A stretch of 64,000 bases of DNA from Candidatus Latescibacterota bacterium (GTDB lineage: Bacteria > Latescibacterota > CBDEFO01): assembly GCA_965237525.1 (NCBI GenBank), contig CBDEFO010000004.1, positions 448,001 to 512,000 of the forward strand, in the 5' to 3' direction. Position numbers and translations under genes: made by a program. The notes beneath the pieces were generated by a model that saw only the letters and a list, made by a program, of their open reading frames with translations, searched no databases and was not told the origin of the DNA. Positions 51,568-61,898 of this stretch are shown here, in pieces (within the stretch, counting starts at the first letter, position 1; each line of letters starts with the position of its first letter).

Positions 51568-51673
51568 CCAACTACCTCCTTGCCTGTAAAAGCAGTCGTA
51601 CCGATCTAAACATCTGCAGCCTCATTTTCAACTGAAAGGGGTATTACAACGGTTTTTGACTGAGAACTTTTCA

Positions 51674-51702
51674 TTGACAAACACTATTTTCTTCCTTATC
51701 TT
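51674..51702 (+). promoter_or_regulatory. sigma70-type promoter
   Basis: TTGACA-17 nt-TATCTT. Confidence 0.65.
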
Positions 51703-51708
51703 CAGTTG

Positions 51709-52000
51709 ATCCTCGATTGAACCTGTCGGGGACTATCCGTGTGCCTTCAGCACTTCGCAGACACAGAGATAGTTGTGAGACCTCCCTGCAATTCATTGAA
51801 GACCTGAGTGAAAGCATGTCGCCTACCGCCTTCGTGGCTGCTGTATGGGCTCAGTTTAGGTGTTCAGCGAGGGCGTGCAGCGGGGTTCGCTACCCGGTTT
51901 TTTCTGGAGACTATCAGAAGGCGCAAGCAGTCCTGGAACCTCCGTATGGGGGTCCCAAGTAGCTTTCACGTTCCTGAAGGAGGTAAACCCGCGTTGGAAA
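51709..52000 (+). ncRNA. candidate two-domain structured RNA / long 5' leader, family not recognised
   Basis: Stems 51711-24/51858-72, 51731-37/51768-74, 51804-09/51849-54, 51878-87/51986-96, 51889-93/51959-63; no credible ORF. Confidence 0.5.
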
Positions 52001-52025
52001 CTGACCTGGGAGGGGAGAACACCAG

Positions 52026-52973
52026 ATGAAGGTTCTTTTAACAGGAGGCAGCGGCAGGCTCGGTGGCTATGCACTGCGAGAGTTACTCGGCGCCGGGCAT
52101 ACTGTCTCGAGCTTCGGTCGCCGAGAGCCGCTGGTGCCCGGTGCGCGATTCATTCAGGGTGACATCATGGAGGGGGAGCAACTGCGGCAGATCTGTCCGG
52201 GCCACGACGCCATATTACACCTGGCCGCTGTCACCGGATTGGGCCTGGTCACGCCCGAGCAGATGATGCACGGCAATATCATCGGGACGCTTCGCGTTCT
52301 CGAGGCGGCCGTGGCGGCGGGTGTGGCCAAAGTTGTGTTCGCGTCTTCAGCTGCAGCCGCGGGTATAACGTTCGCGAAAAATCAGATCATCCCGCGCTAT
52401 TTTCCTATCGATGAGGAGCACCCCTGCGAGCCGCAGGACGAATACGGTCTTAGCAAACTGCTGGGTGAACTCACGTGCAAGCGGTACTCAGATGCGTACG
52501 GCATTCATACCATCTGCCTGCGCCTGGGAAACAACTGGTATGTGGATCGGGAAGGGGCCGAAGTGGCAGTTCGCTCAGGAGGCGGCACTGTGCGATTCGC
52601 CTCCGTGGAAGAGATGTGGACGGAATACCAGCTCCGCAGGCAGGACCCCGAAAGGGGAAAACCGCCAGGTCCAAAGGTGCTCTGGGACGTCACGGACGCC
52701 AGAGATACCGGCGTTGCCTGCCGGTTGGCGCTGGAGAACGACGAAATCGTCCATGACGTCTTCCAGATTCTCGGCAATGAAGTCTACACCGTCCAAGAGA
52801 CTGCGCAACTCGTTGCCCGTTATTATCCGAACGTCCCGCTAAAGACCCCCCTGCACGGGCATTGTTCCCTCTGGTCACATGAACGGGCAACCCTCATGTT
52901 GAATTACCGGCCGCAGGGATGGCGGAACAGCGATTTAGAAAGCTGGTTGGAGGAACGTGGTGATCCTATTTGA
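52026..52973 (+). CDS. NAD-dependent epimerase/dehydratase
   Basis: TGGSGRLG, HLAA, ASS, YGLSK. Confidence 0.9.
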   Translation: MKVLLTGGSGRLGGYALRELLGAGHTVSSFGRREPLVPGARFIQGDIMEGEQLRQICPGHDAILHLAAVTGLGLVTPEQMMHGNIIGTLRVLEAAVAAGVAKVVFASSAAAAGITFAKNQIIPRYFPIDEEHPCEPQDEYGLSKLLGELTCKRYSDAYGIHTICLRLGNNWYVDREGAEVAVRSGGGTVRFASVEEMWTEYQLRRQDPERGKPPGPKVLWDVTDARDTGVACRLALENDEIVHDVFQILGNEVYTVQETAQLVARYYPNVPLKTPLHGHCSLWSHERATLMLNYRPQGWRNSDLESWLEERGDPI

Positions 52974-54162
52974 CTACGATAAAGCAGTGCATCTGATGAA
53001 GCAGTGGGGCGTGGACGTGCTTTTGCCCCACACACTCTTGAACGCAGGCTACCTGGCCGACCACTGGAAGCACGACTTGTACACCAGCATCGGGCCGTGG
53101 ACCACCTTTGACCGGGACGAGCCCTATCAGCTCTTCGTCGGGCTGCCGCAGGACCGGAAGATCGAGCCGTTCGTCACCTGCCGTCGGGCCAGTGAAGAGG
53201 GTGACATGTACAACTGGGACGTCTGGATCGAAGATCGTCGCGTCTGGGGTCCCGACGTGCCGATGCGCTCCACCAACAGCCCGCTCGGGCCGGCGATCAC
53301 CGAACCCTACTTAGATCCCTTCGACGCGGCCGCCGATGCTCTCTGCCACCGCGGTCTGGATAAGGCGACAATCGGCATCGAGCGTCGCTTTCTGGGGATC
53401 GAAGCGTACGAGAAATTGCAGGGGTTGATGCCACAGGCGCAGTTTCGTGAGGTCCTGGGCCTCTTCGACGAACTTCGGATGCTGAAGACGCCGGAGGAGA
53501 TCCGCCGAATGCGCTTCGTGGCCAAGGCCACCCAGGAGGCGTACAGGACCGCGTTCAACAGTGTCCGGGCGGGGATGACTGGCCTGGATTTCGAACGGAT
53601 CTTCGGCGCTGAACACTACCGCCGCGGCGTGCGCCACGAGTGGCTGCATACGATGATCGGGCCCCTGGGCATCGACGTGGTGGGACCGAATGCCACGCTG
53701 TTCACACCTGGCCAGACCGTTTGTGTGGACGGCGGAGCCAGCTACCGCCACTATCAGAGCGATCTGTGCATGTTCATGTCCATAGGAGAGCCCAGCACCG
53801 AGCTGCTGAAGATCTACAAGGGCATGCGACGGGCGATGGACGCAGTGCTCGAGCTGCTGCGCCCGGGAGTTAAGCTGTCGAATATCTTTGAAACCGGCAA
53901 CGGACTACTGCAGAAGGAAGGACTCGAGAGCTATCTGCAGGGCTATATCGGTCACGGCGTGGGCAGAAATGTCCACGAGGAACCGGTGCTGGGCGCCGAA
54001 AGTGATCGCGTGCTTGTGAAAGGAATGACGTTGTCCATCGAGTTCAGTACTCGCCGGGTCGAATGGGGCGCCATTGGCCTGGAAGATGGTGTGGTCATCA
54101 CAGAGGACGGGTACGAGGATCTGAGCACCATCGGGCGCGAGCTTCATGTGACAGCGGACTGA
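52957..54162 (+). CDS. M24 family (Xaa-Pro-like) metallopeptidase
   Basis: LKTPEEI, D..G....YQSD, GHGVG..VHE, IE, LED. Confidence 0.87.
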   Translation: MVILFDYDKAVHLMKQWGVDVLLPHTLLNAGYLADHWKHDLYTSIGPWTTFDRDEPYQLFVGLPQDRKIEPFVTCRRASEEGDMYNWDVWIEDRRVWGPDVPMRSTNSPLGPAITEPYLDPFDAAADALCHRGLDKATIGIERRFLGIEAYEKLQGLMPQAQFREVLGLFDELRMLKTPEEIRRMRFVAKATQEAYRTAFNSVRAGMTGLDFERIFGAEHYRRGVRHEWLHTMIGPLGIDVVGPNATLFTPGQTVCVDGGASYRHYQSDLCMFMSIGEPSTELLKIYKGMRRAMDAVLELLRPGVKLSNIFETGNGLLQKEGLESYLQGYIGHGVGRNVHEEPVLGAESDRVLVKGMTLSIEFSTRRVEWGAIGLEDGVVITEDGYEDLSTIGRELHVTAD

Positions 54163-54294
54163 CAGGATCGTCGGCCGGCGCGGGATCCGCCAGAATTAAC
54201 TTGATCATTTTTTCATCGTTCAATAAGGTACAACTGCACCCAGAATCGTCAACCTATTTTGGACAAAGCCTTGGTTCCAGAAAGGAGGCATAAT

Positions 54295-55251
54295 ATGTCT
54301 GATGTCGAGGGTTCAGAGGACCAGATTGCTGATCGAGAACAATCAACAGCATCAGGTCTTACGCCCGATCAAATCCAGCAGTTTAAAGACGATGGCTTTT
54401 TGATCGTTCGCGACCTGCTCCCACGCGAGGCACTTCGACCGTTGATTGACGAAATGGAGCAGAAGGTGGACGAGGCTGCACATGAGGCGGTCAAGCGGCG
54501 GATCCTGGACCCGTCGAACACCTTTGAAGACGCGCCCTTTGAGACGCGCCTCTCTCTTATCTGCAGGACCTGCTCAGAGCGCAACTGGCTCTGGGAACAG
54601 TATTTCTACGAGCAGGATATCTCCGACCAGAAACAGAAACCCCGTACAGCCGGGATGTTCATACTTAGAACCTGGCCGTCTCTGCTGGATGTCTTGGAAT
54701 CAGTAATCGGTCCAGAGATTTTAGGCCACCCGACGTTCAACATACGCACAAAATTACCGGATCAGGAAGAGACCGTCATCCCCTGGCACCAGGATCTGGC
54801 ATTCCTTACACCGGAAGAAGCGGGGGATACGCTGGTTGCGAATTTCTGGATTCCTCTTGTGACGGCTACGGCAGAGAACGGCTGTATGCAGATGATGAGG
54901 GGATCGCATCGTTTGGGTCTGTTGCCGCAGAATGCTCGGATTCCTCTTCCCGGTGATAGGGAAAATATAGGCATTGCCGATGCCGATTTGCCGGACTGTG
55001 GAGTCGTGACGGGTGAAGTGGATGTAGGGGACGTCTTGATGACGACAGAACGGTTGGTGCATCGATCGTTACCCAACACGTCTAACAACATAAGATGGAG
55101 CGTCGATACTCGCTATAGCGCAATTGGGCTTCCAACTGGTCGTGATCATGTGCCCGGCTTTGTCGTCCGCAGCCTTAAGAATCCCGAGAGCGTGGCGCGA
55201 TCGCATCACGATTGGAATCGACTCTTTGAAGGGCAGGAAACCGAAGCCTGA
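54295..55251 (+). CDS. phytanoyl-CoA dioxygenase (PhyH) family
   Basis: F..DGFL, PWHQD, WIPL, ENGCMQ..GSH, HRS.PN.S..RWS; AGGAGG RBS. Confidence 0.9.
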   Translation: MSDVEGSEDQIADREQSTASGLTPDQIQQFKDDGFLIVRDLLPREALRPLIDEMEQKVDEAAHEAVKRRILDPSNTFEDAPFETRLSLICRTCSERNWLWEQYFYEQDISDQKQKPRTAGMFILRTWPSLLDVLESVIGPEILGHPTFNIRTKLPDQEETVIPWHQDLAFLTPEEAGDTLVANFWIPLVTATAENGCMQMMRGSHRLGLLPQNARIPLPGDRENIGIADADLPDCGVVTGEVDVGDVLMTTERLVHRSLPNTSNNIRWSVDTRYSAIGLPTGRDHVPGFVVRSLKNPESVARSHHDWNRLFEGQETEA

Positions 55252-55486
55252 CGCATAAACAGAAAAATCCACAATCTGGGCGAACCAGATCCGACGATCG
55301 AATTTCTACAGCCGGCCTGGATCGAGCCCATGCACTATGCCTTACGGGCGCTCGCCGGGGAAAAGGCGGGCGGTATGACCCACCTGCATGCGCTCATCCG
55401 GCCCATGATAGTTGAAAATCCAGTCGGTTGGACGTGGCGGCGATGAAGACGCTGCACGAACCATGGAAAAAAGCGGGGACTGAAAT

Positions 55487-57013
55487 ATGAAAGCTCTTCA
55501 GATTGCAGCCAAGTTACATCAAGAGACAGACCAGCCGATTTATGAACAAGGGATAGAAGCGTTACTTGTCATTGCTATGGTGGCGGTGATAGCGCTGCTA
55601 TTGTCCGTGACCGCAGTCCCAGCCGTGCTTTCGCCGGGTGCGACCGAGGTATCGGAGGTGAGCGCTGCGCCGGTTCATGCGCTGCGCGTGATTCTGCCGG
55701 CCGGCACCGCCAAGACGCTCCGGCTGCACAACGTGCAGGAGCCGAAGGTCGAAGCACCGGACGGAGTGCGCGCCGAGACCTTCTGGCTCTGGGGCGACCT
55801 GCGCCCGTTCGTCGAAGGTGGCGATCGTTTCGTGCCTATGTGGCTGTTGCCCTGGCGCGTCGGACCCAGGCCGGACCCCATTGTCAGACTGCACGCCGAC
55901 AAGCCCGGAGAGTATGTCGTGCCCGTCGCCGAGGGCGTAACGGTCAACCTCGAGGTCACCCAGCCGCTGCCGAAGCCCGACATCGGCCTGGGGTTTTACA
56001 ACCCGTTCACGTGGCCCAAGCCGGAGGAGGAGCCGCTCATCCGGCGCAGCATGCGCGATCATCTGCTGAACGTCTTCACTCCACGGCCCGATCCCGTGCA
56101 CGATTCTCTGCCGCATGCACCCAGGCAGGACAACACTGCCGCGCGCATCGCCTGGCGCATCGACGCCGCTATCGAGGAAGGACTCATCGGTCCGAAACAT
56201 CCGCTGTTGTGGCTCTCCGTCTGTCCAGAGGATATCGTCAAGGCCAAGCTGCTGGCACGCTACCCTGATCGGTGGCCGCCCCTTGTCTGCGGCAACGTGG
56301 ACGAGCCTGGTCTACACAGGGAGAAGTTGGTTCGCCAATACGCAGCCGCCGCACACAAGTTGGGAGTTCTCAGCGGCACGGCCATACCGGGTTACAGCAT
56401 CATGGCCTTCGGCGATGTGCTGGACATGTGGATCCTGAATATCGAGCAAATGAACGAAGAAATCCGACGCCGGGCACAGGAACAGGGTGCCTGGCTGTGG
56501 GTGTACACGTCGGCGATGCGCGGCACGAACGCGCCGATTCACCGATACCTGACCGGGCTGTGGGCCTGGGCCGTCCGCCCGGAGGGCGTGCTCGTGTGGG
56601 CATTCGCGCACGACTTACGTGAATTCACCGGGCCGCAGGACGTCTTCGCCATCCAGCACAGCCACGCCGTCGCAGGACCCGACGGCCCTATTGACTCCGT
56701 GGGCATCGAGGGGATGCGAGACGGCGCCATCGACTACATGTTGCTTCGACATCTGGAGCAGCTGGTCGCGCACCCGAATTTTACAGATGCGGAATGGGAA
56801 GATTACTATAATCTCCATAAGGCGGCGCAGTGGCTCGAGCAATTGCGCGCGTCGGTGCCACCGCACTTCTGGCCGCATGGTACCGCCTACTGGCCAACAA
56901 ACATCCGCAAAAGCCTCTGGGATGGTCCAGACACCCAGAACCCGCCGGTGGCGTCCTTCTCCCACCTCCGGGCCAAGGCGTGGAAGTACATCAGCGAAAT
57001 TGAACAGCAGTGA
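55487..57013 (+). CDS. hypothetical exported protein, C-terminus resembling GH123/DUF4091-type glycoside hydrolases
   Basis: N-terminal hydrophobic helix; VDEP, WVY, and SVGIEGMRDGAIDYMLL. Confidence 0.55.
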   Translation: MKALQIAAKLHQETDQPIYEQGIEALLVIAMVAVIALLLSVTAVPAVLSPGATEVSEVSAAPVHALRVILPAGTAKTLRLHNVQEPKVEAPDGVRAETFWLWGDLRPFVEGGDRFVPMWLLPWRVGPRPDPIVRLHADKPGEYVVPVAEGVTVNLEVTQPLPKPDIGLGFYNPFTWPKPEEEPLIRRSMRDHLLNVFTPRPDPVHDSLPHAPRQDNTAARIAWRIDAAIEEGLIGPKHPLLWLSVCPEDIVKAKLLARYPDRWPPLVCGNVDEPGLHREKLVRQYAAAAHKLGVLSGTAIPGYSIMAFGDVLDMWILNIEQMNEEIRRRAQEQGAWLWVYTSAMRGTNAPIHRYLTGLWAWAVRPEGVLVWAFAHDLREFTGPQDVFAIQHSHAVAGPDGPIDSVGIEGMRDGAIDYMLLRHLEQLVAHPNFTDAEWEDYYNLHKAAQWLEQLRASVPPHFWPHGTAYWPTNIRKSLWDGPDTQNPPVASFSHLRAKAWKYISEIEQQ

Positions 57014-57621
57014 CCATCGAGCACCCTGACGATGGACTCCCGGTGAGCTTTGGGCGCAGACGCCATCTGAAGCTGTGAGCCACAACTTCGACAGGAATTT
57101 ATACTTTTCTCTGCTAAGTCTTCCCTCTCAAGATTTTCTCTGGAGACCAGGACCCCCAAGCTCCCCCGTTTCTCCAGCTTCGATTTTATCTGTTCCAAGT
57201 AAGCAAATAGATCGGTGTCGGTTCGATTTGGTCATGATCTTCATTAGAAGGAAACGCTGCCCCTGCCCTTGCCGCCAATGGACTTTTCCAGCGCCTCAAG
57301 AACCGCTCACCGATGCCAGGCGGAGCTCCGCCTGGCATCGGTCCTGAGTATCCGTACAAAAGCGCGAACTCCCGGAAGAAAGATGCTCTCGCCAGAGTCA
57401 ATGCTCCGGTGGATGCGGACTTCCCGACGATGAAGCTTGGACTACACCGTTGGGATCGACGCGGAAGAAGGGGTACGTCAGAATCGTCGAGATGCTTTCA
57501 GCTAAAGACGAATCAGTCGGAGATGGGAACGCATGAAGCATCTTGGCGTAAAGACTTACATGAAGTGGCTAAACTTGACTGCAAATCTTTGTGTGCGTGA
57601 GCGCTCGTGGGTCACTGGTCC

Positions 57622-58485
57622 TCAATCCACGGGTATGCGATAGGATGTTCGGTCTATGACCTCGTGATCAGAGGACCGTGCCGTCTGGAGCGCGTTTTCG
57701 GTAAGCGGAAGGTAGTGATGGGTCTCCGCGTTCATCGAGATAAAGCCTTCCGCGTAGGCGCAGTGGCCGCACATACCAAAAGCCCCGTCGTTGGCCTCGA
57801 TCCGCTTGCGCGCATACGCTCCGGCGTAGCCCTGGCTCACCATGCAGTCCAAGGCCGCCAGCTTTTTGTCCACCACATCCGTGATGTCAACGAACACGTC
57901 GTTGTAGTAACCGCCTTCAGAGTCCCACAGACTCCGGCGAATGGAGGCCGCACCCGCTCCATAGAAAAAGACCTGTGCCACCCGGTGAGGTGGACGCCGA
58001 TCTCCCGGTTCAACACTGCCGGCCAGACTTATGGCGGCCAAGACCGTCTGCCCTGTGATGGCGTGCGGATTTATCAGTCCTTCATGCTCCTTCGGGAAGT
58101 GGGTCAAGAGGATGTCAGGTCTCAATTCACGAAACAGTCGCCCCAGACGCCGCACAGTCTCCTCGGTGACCAGCAGCACCGCATCGTCGGCTCCGAAAAA
58201 GTGTATGTCCTCCACCCCTAATATCTCACAGGCCCTGCGAGTCTCCTCGGCCTTGACATCCGCCCGCTCCCCCATGAGCCGCACGAGCTCTTCACTTTCC
58301 GGGACCTCGTCACGGTGAAACATCGAATCGCTGATCACGTCGTCGTGCACTCGGGCTCCATGGGTCATCACCACACAGCCTACGTAGTCACCGCGTCTTG
58401 TGTGGTGGGCCATGGTTCCCCCAGATTGGTCGAAGATGTCGGCTGGGTGTGCCCCAACTGAGAGTATGCGCAGTGGCTCGTTCAT
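57622..58485 (-). CDS. PIG-L/LmbE family deacetylase
   Basis: GAHPAD (variant of HPDD), ACEILGV, RPDILLTH, VDIT...KKLAAL...SQ, YAEGF. Confidence 0.85.
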   Translation of the reverse strand: MNEPLRILSVGAHPADIFDQSGGTMAHHTRRGDYVGCVVMTHGARVHDDVISDSMFHRDEVPESEELVRLMGERADVKAEETRRACEILGVEDIHFFGADDAVLLVTEETVRRLGRLFRELRPDILLTHFPKEHEGLINPHAITGQTVLAAISLAGSVEPGDRRPPHRVAQVFFYGAGAASIRRSLWDSEGGYYNDVFVDITDVVDKKLAALDCMVSQGYAGAYARKRIEANDGAFGMCGHCAYAEGFISMNAETHHYLPLTENALQTARSSDHEVIDRTSYRIPVD

Positions 58486-59247
58486 TTGAGATCCCCTTTC
58501 GTCCGTGAGACGTTCTGCTTTGTCATTTGATGTTGCGGGCTCAGCCTGCCGTCAGCCTCCTTCACAGGAAGTCGTCCACCTCAACCCGGAGATGTACTAG
58601 CACTGTTCTCGGCCGCAAGCAGGGCCGTCGGAATGCGGCGTTCGTGTTCGAGACTGTTCCAGTAGTGCTTGCTTTCCTCAAACGCACCTAAGAAGGTAGA
58701 CAGAAGAATTGTTATAGGAACTGAAAAAATATTCGACAAAGGCTCTCAATCAACTGGAGGATGGACTCAAATTGGCAGACAACTTTTTGGAGGAACAGAC
58801 TATAGTCTGGACAACACTGTTCCACTGATCGTAGAAGTGCCTCTATCTAACTCGGAGATCGTGTTCGTCACTTCCTTCGCCAGATCTTCCACTCTTTCTA
58901 TCTCTGGACACCATGTATCCAGCGTCGGCCTCCCCTCCACCACCATGGGCAGAGCCTTGAACACCATCGTGCTCTCCCCTTTTTGCACGCCCACCGCAAT
59001 CTGTACGGTTCTTATTCTCTGACGACTCGCCCCGTCGAGAGAATCCGCCGCTCGGCTGTTCGCTCGAAGGACCTTTGTAACCTCGCCTCCTCATCCTGAA
59101 TGTCGTTTACCGGCAGTTTCAGACTCGGGGGGTAGTCCGGACCCGGTAGCAGACCCTTGCAGTTACCTTTTCATTCTGAAACTGCTTTGCCATCCCTCTG
59201 CCAAAGACAGTTTTGCTTATTTCGCCGATATCTTTTCTCATCAAGTG

Positions 59248-60423
59248 TCAGATTACCGCCAGCGCTTTGTTTTCGATCTCGTCCCAATTCGGTTCCTCAA
59301 CGGGATAATCCTCGCAAGCGATGTACATATAGCCATCTTCAACGACGGCCCTACCGCTTGCGGTTCCCAACGTGCCCATGCCGACTCCCTTCTCGAATAT
59401 CGGATCGTTCTTTATGGCCAGGATTACATTGGGGTCTCCACCGTGCACGCTGACCCCGAAGCTCTCGGCCAGATGGGCCAGCTTCATCTGTGCCGTAATA
59501 TCTTTCCCACGTTGACGAACGATGTCCACAGCCTGCATGGCCAAAAATCCCGATGCGTTATACGGCTGTCCTGCTGTTACCGAGCCTGACCACTCTAAGG
59601 CTAATATCGGTAAATCCAATGTATCGCATAACTTCTTAAGTCCCATTAAGTCCCAATCTTGAAGGGGTTCCTCCATCCACGAATAGTTGAGTTTCTCCAA
59701 AGCTCGTCCCACCTTTACCGCATCGTTGTACGTATAGTTCTGGACAGGATCGTGCATTAAGAGAAAATCATCTCCCACTGCGGCACGGAGTTCCTGTGCC
59801 AGTTCGATATTCGTCTTCACACCGCCATAGGAGTGATCCTTACACCCCTTATACCCTTCTTCCTTGAACTGCACAGCTTGCGCGACCACATCGTCTATCG
59901 TTCCATCAGGGAGATTCCGGTACGCTGGAATCTTCTCCCTGTAACCTCCTAATAGCTTGTAGAGCGGTTGCTTGGCGTGGCGACTGGCAAGATCCCACAG
60001 CATATTGTCTATTATGTTGCTAATTCTGGGGTAGGAGAACCGTTTCGCATACCACAATCTCTGCCAGATGTATTCCCGGTCGAAAGCGTCCACGCCTATC
60101 AACAGAGTGGCAGTGGTCGCTTTGATGTGTTTGGCCTCCCACTCCAGGTCGTCACCGTAAAAACCATTGGCGAATGCTGTGTAGGCATCCAGATCCCCAT
60201 CGGTGACCAGCCGCAGCATAGAGCTATAGGTCGGCGTTGGAGTATCATCCTTGTACTCTATAATCTCTTGATTGTATTCCGAGTCTGGGCCAAGAATTCC
60301 ATGCGAACGAGTAAAGATTCCTGACAATCCGGGAGGTACCTTCTCAATAGATTCTGTGTTCTTGACGTGCCTGTCACTAGGCTCGCCCTCGAGGATATAA
60401 AACTTTACGTCCTTGATCTGCAT
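59248..60423 (-). CDS. mandelate racemase/muconate lactonizing (enolase superfamily) enzyme, tandem copy 1
   Basis: D.MLWDL......PLYKLLGG, KDH, metal ligands in LMHD / WMEEP / ALE. Confidence 0.88.
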   Translation of the reverse strand: MQIKDVKFYILEGEPSDRHVKNTESIEKVPPGLSGIFTRSHGILGPDSEYNQEIIEYKDDTPTPTYSSMLRLVTDGDLDAYTAFANGFYGDDLEWEAKHIKATTATLLIGVDAFDREYIWQRLWYAKRFSYPRISNIIDNMLWDLASRHAKQPLYKLLGGYREKIPAYRNLPDGTIDDVVAQAVQFKEEGYKGCKDHSYGGVKTNIELAQELRAAVGDDFLLMHDPVQNYTYNDAVKVGRALEKLNYSWMEEPLQDWDLMGLKKLCDTLDLPILALEWSGSVTAGQPYNASGFLAMQAVDIVRQRGKDITAQMKLAHLAESFGVSVHGGDPNVILAIKNDPIFEKGVGMGTLGTASGRAVVEDGYMYIACEDYPVEEPNWDEIENKALAVI

Positions 60424-60574
60424 TGAAAGAACCTCTCTTCTTAACGTGGTGAGGTGAGGATTAAGCGGAGGCAGTAAACCACGAAGCGGTCGCGCTTACA
60501 TTTGTCCGTTATTACAATAATTCCTTATGTTAATTCTTTGATCTGCCGATTCATTTGCAGCCTCTTTCTAAACC
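60424..60574. repeat. conserved spacer of the enolase tandem array (also 61748-61898 and, longer, 63093-63285)
   Basis: Shared GCGGAGG..GTAA.CCACGAAGC.GTCGC and ATGTTAATTCTTTGAT blocks. Confidence 0.85.
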
Positions 60575-61747
60575 TCAAATTACCGCCAGAGCTTTCTTTT
60601 CGATCTCGTCCCAATTCGGTTCCTCTACGGGATAATCCTTGTAATCGATGGACATATAGCCATCTTCGACGACGGCCCTACCGCTATTTGAATGTATATT
60701 TCCCAAGGTTACTGCCTCTAATATTGGATCGTTTTTTATAGCCAGGAGTACATGGGGGTCTCCACCGTGCACACTGACCCCGAAGCTCTCGGCCAGATGG
60801 GCCAGCTTCATCTGTGCCGTTATATCTTTCCCACGTTGACGAACGATGTCTACAGCCTGCATAGCCAAAAATCCCGAGGCGTTATACGGCTGTCCTGCTG
60901 TTACCGCGCCTGACCACTCTAAAGCCAATATCGGCAAATCCAATGTATCGCATAACTTCTTAAGTCCCATCAAGTCCCAATCTTGAAGAGGCTCCTCCAT
61001 CCACGAATAGTTGAGTTTCTCCAAAGCTCGTCCCACCTTTACGGCATCGTTGTACGTATAGTTCTGGACAGGATCGTGCATCAACAGAAAATCATCTCCC
61101 ACTGCGGCGCGGAGTTCCTGTGCCAGTTCGATATTTGTCTTCACACCGCTATAGGAGTGATCTTTACACCCCTTAAACCCTTCTTCCTTGGCCTGCACAG
61201 CTTCTGCGACCACATCGTCTATCGTTACACCACCGATATTCTGGTACGCTGGTATCTTCTCCCTGTAACCTCCCAATAGCTTGTAGAGCGGCAGCTTGGC
61301 GTGTCGACTGGCAAGATCCCACAGCATAAAGTCTATCTTCTCGCTAATTCTGGGGTAGGAGAACCGTTTGGCGTACCACAATCTCTGCCAGATGTATTCC
61401 CGGTCGAAAGCGTCCACGCCTATCAACAGAGTGGCAGTGGTCGCTTTGATCTGTTTTGCCTCCCACTCCAGCTCGTCACGGTGAAAACCACTGTTGAATC
61501 CAGTGTAGCCATCCAGGTCCCCATCGGTGACCAGCCGCAGCATAGAGGTATAGGTAGGCATTAGAGTATCATCCTTGTACTCTATGAGTTCTTCATTATA
61601 ATCCGAATCTGCGCCAAGAATGCCATGCGAACGAGTAAAGATCCCTGACAATCCAGGAGGTACCTTCTCAACAGATTCTGTGTTTTTGACGTGCCTGTCG
61701 CTAGGCTCGCCCTCGAGGATATAAAACTTTACGTCCTTGATCTGCAT
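60575..61747 (-). CDS. enolase superfamily enzyme, tandem copy 2
   Basis: Highly similar to copy 1. Confidence 0.88.
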   Translation of the reverse strand: MQIKDVKFYILEGEPSDRHVKNTESVEKVPPGLSGIFTRSHGILGADSDYNEELIEYKDDTLMPTYTSMLRLVTDGDLDGYTGFNSGFHRDELEWEAKQIKATTATLLIGVDAFDREYIWQRLWYAKRFSYPRISEKIDFMLWDLASRHAKLPLYKLLGGYREKIPAYQNIGGVTIDDVVAEAVQAKEEGFKGCKDHSYSGVKTNIELAQELRAAVGDDFLLMHDPVQNYTYNDAVKVGRALEKLNYSWMEEPLQDWDLMGLKKLCDTLDLPILALEWSGAVTAGQPYNASGFLAMQAVDIVRQRGKDITAQMKLAHLAESFGVSVHGGDPHVLLAIKNDPILEAVTLGNIHSNSGRAVVEDGYMSIDYKDYPVEEPNWDEIEKKALAVI

Positions 61748-61898
61748 TGGAAGAACCTCTGTTATTAACGTGGTGAAGTGAGGATGAAGCGGAGGAAGTA
61801 AACCACGAAGCGGTCGCGCTTACATTTGTCCGTTATTACAATACTTCCTTATGTTAATTCTTTGATGTACCGATTCATTTGCAGTCTCTTTCTAAACC

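Noticed and set aside
57075..57300. Possible IS end (GAGGCGCTGGAAAAGTCC on minus strand) with a transposase N-terminal stub
   Set aside because: No matching second end or catalytic motif; too degraded to support
58650..59160. Short ORFs and hairpin-rich DNA suggesting an IS or intron remnant
   Set aside because: No recognisable protein motif, terminal repeat pair or group II intron domain V
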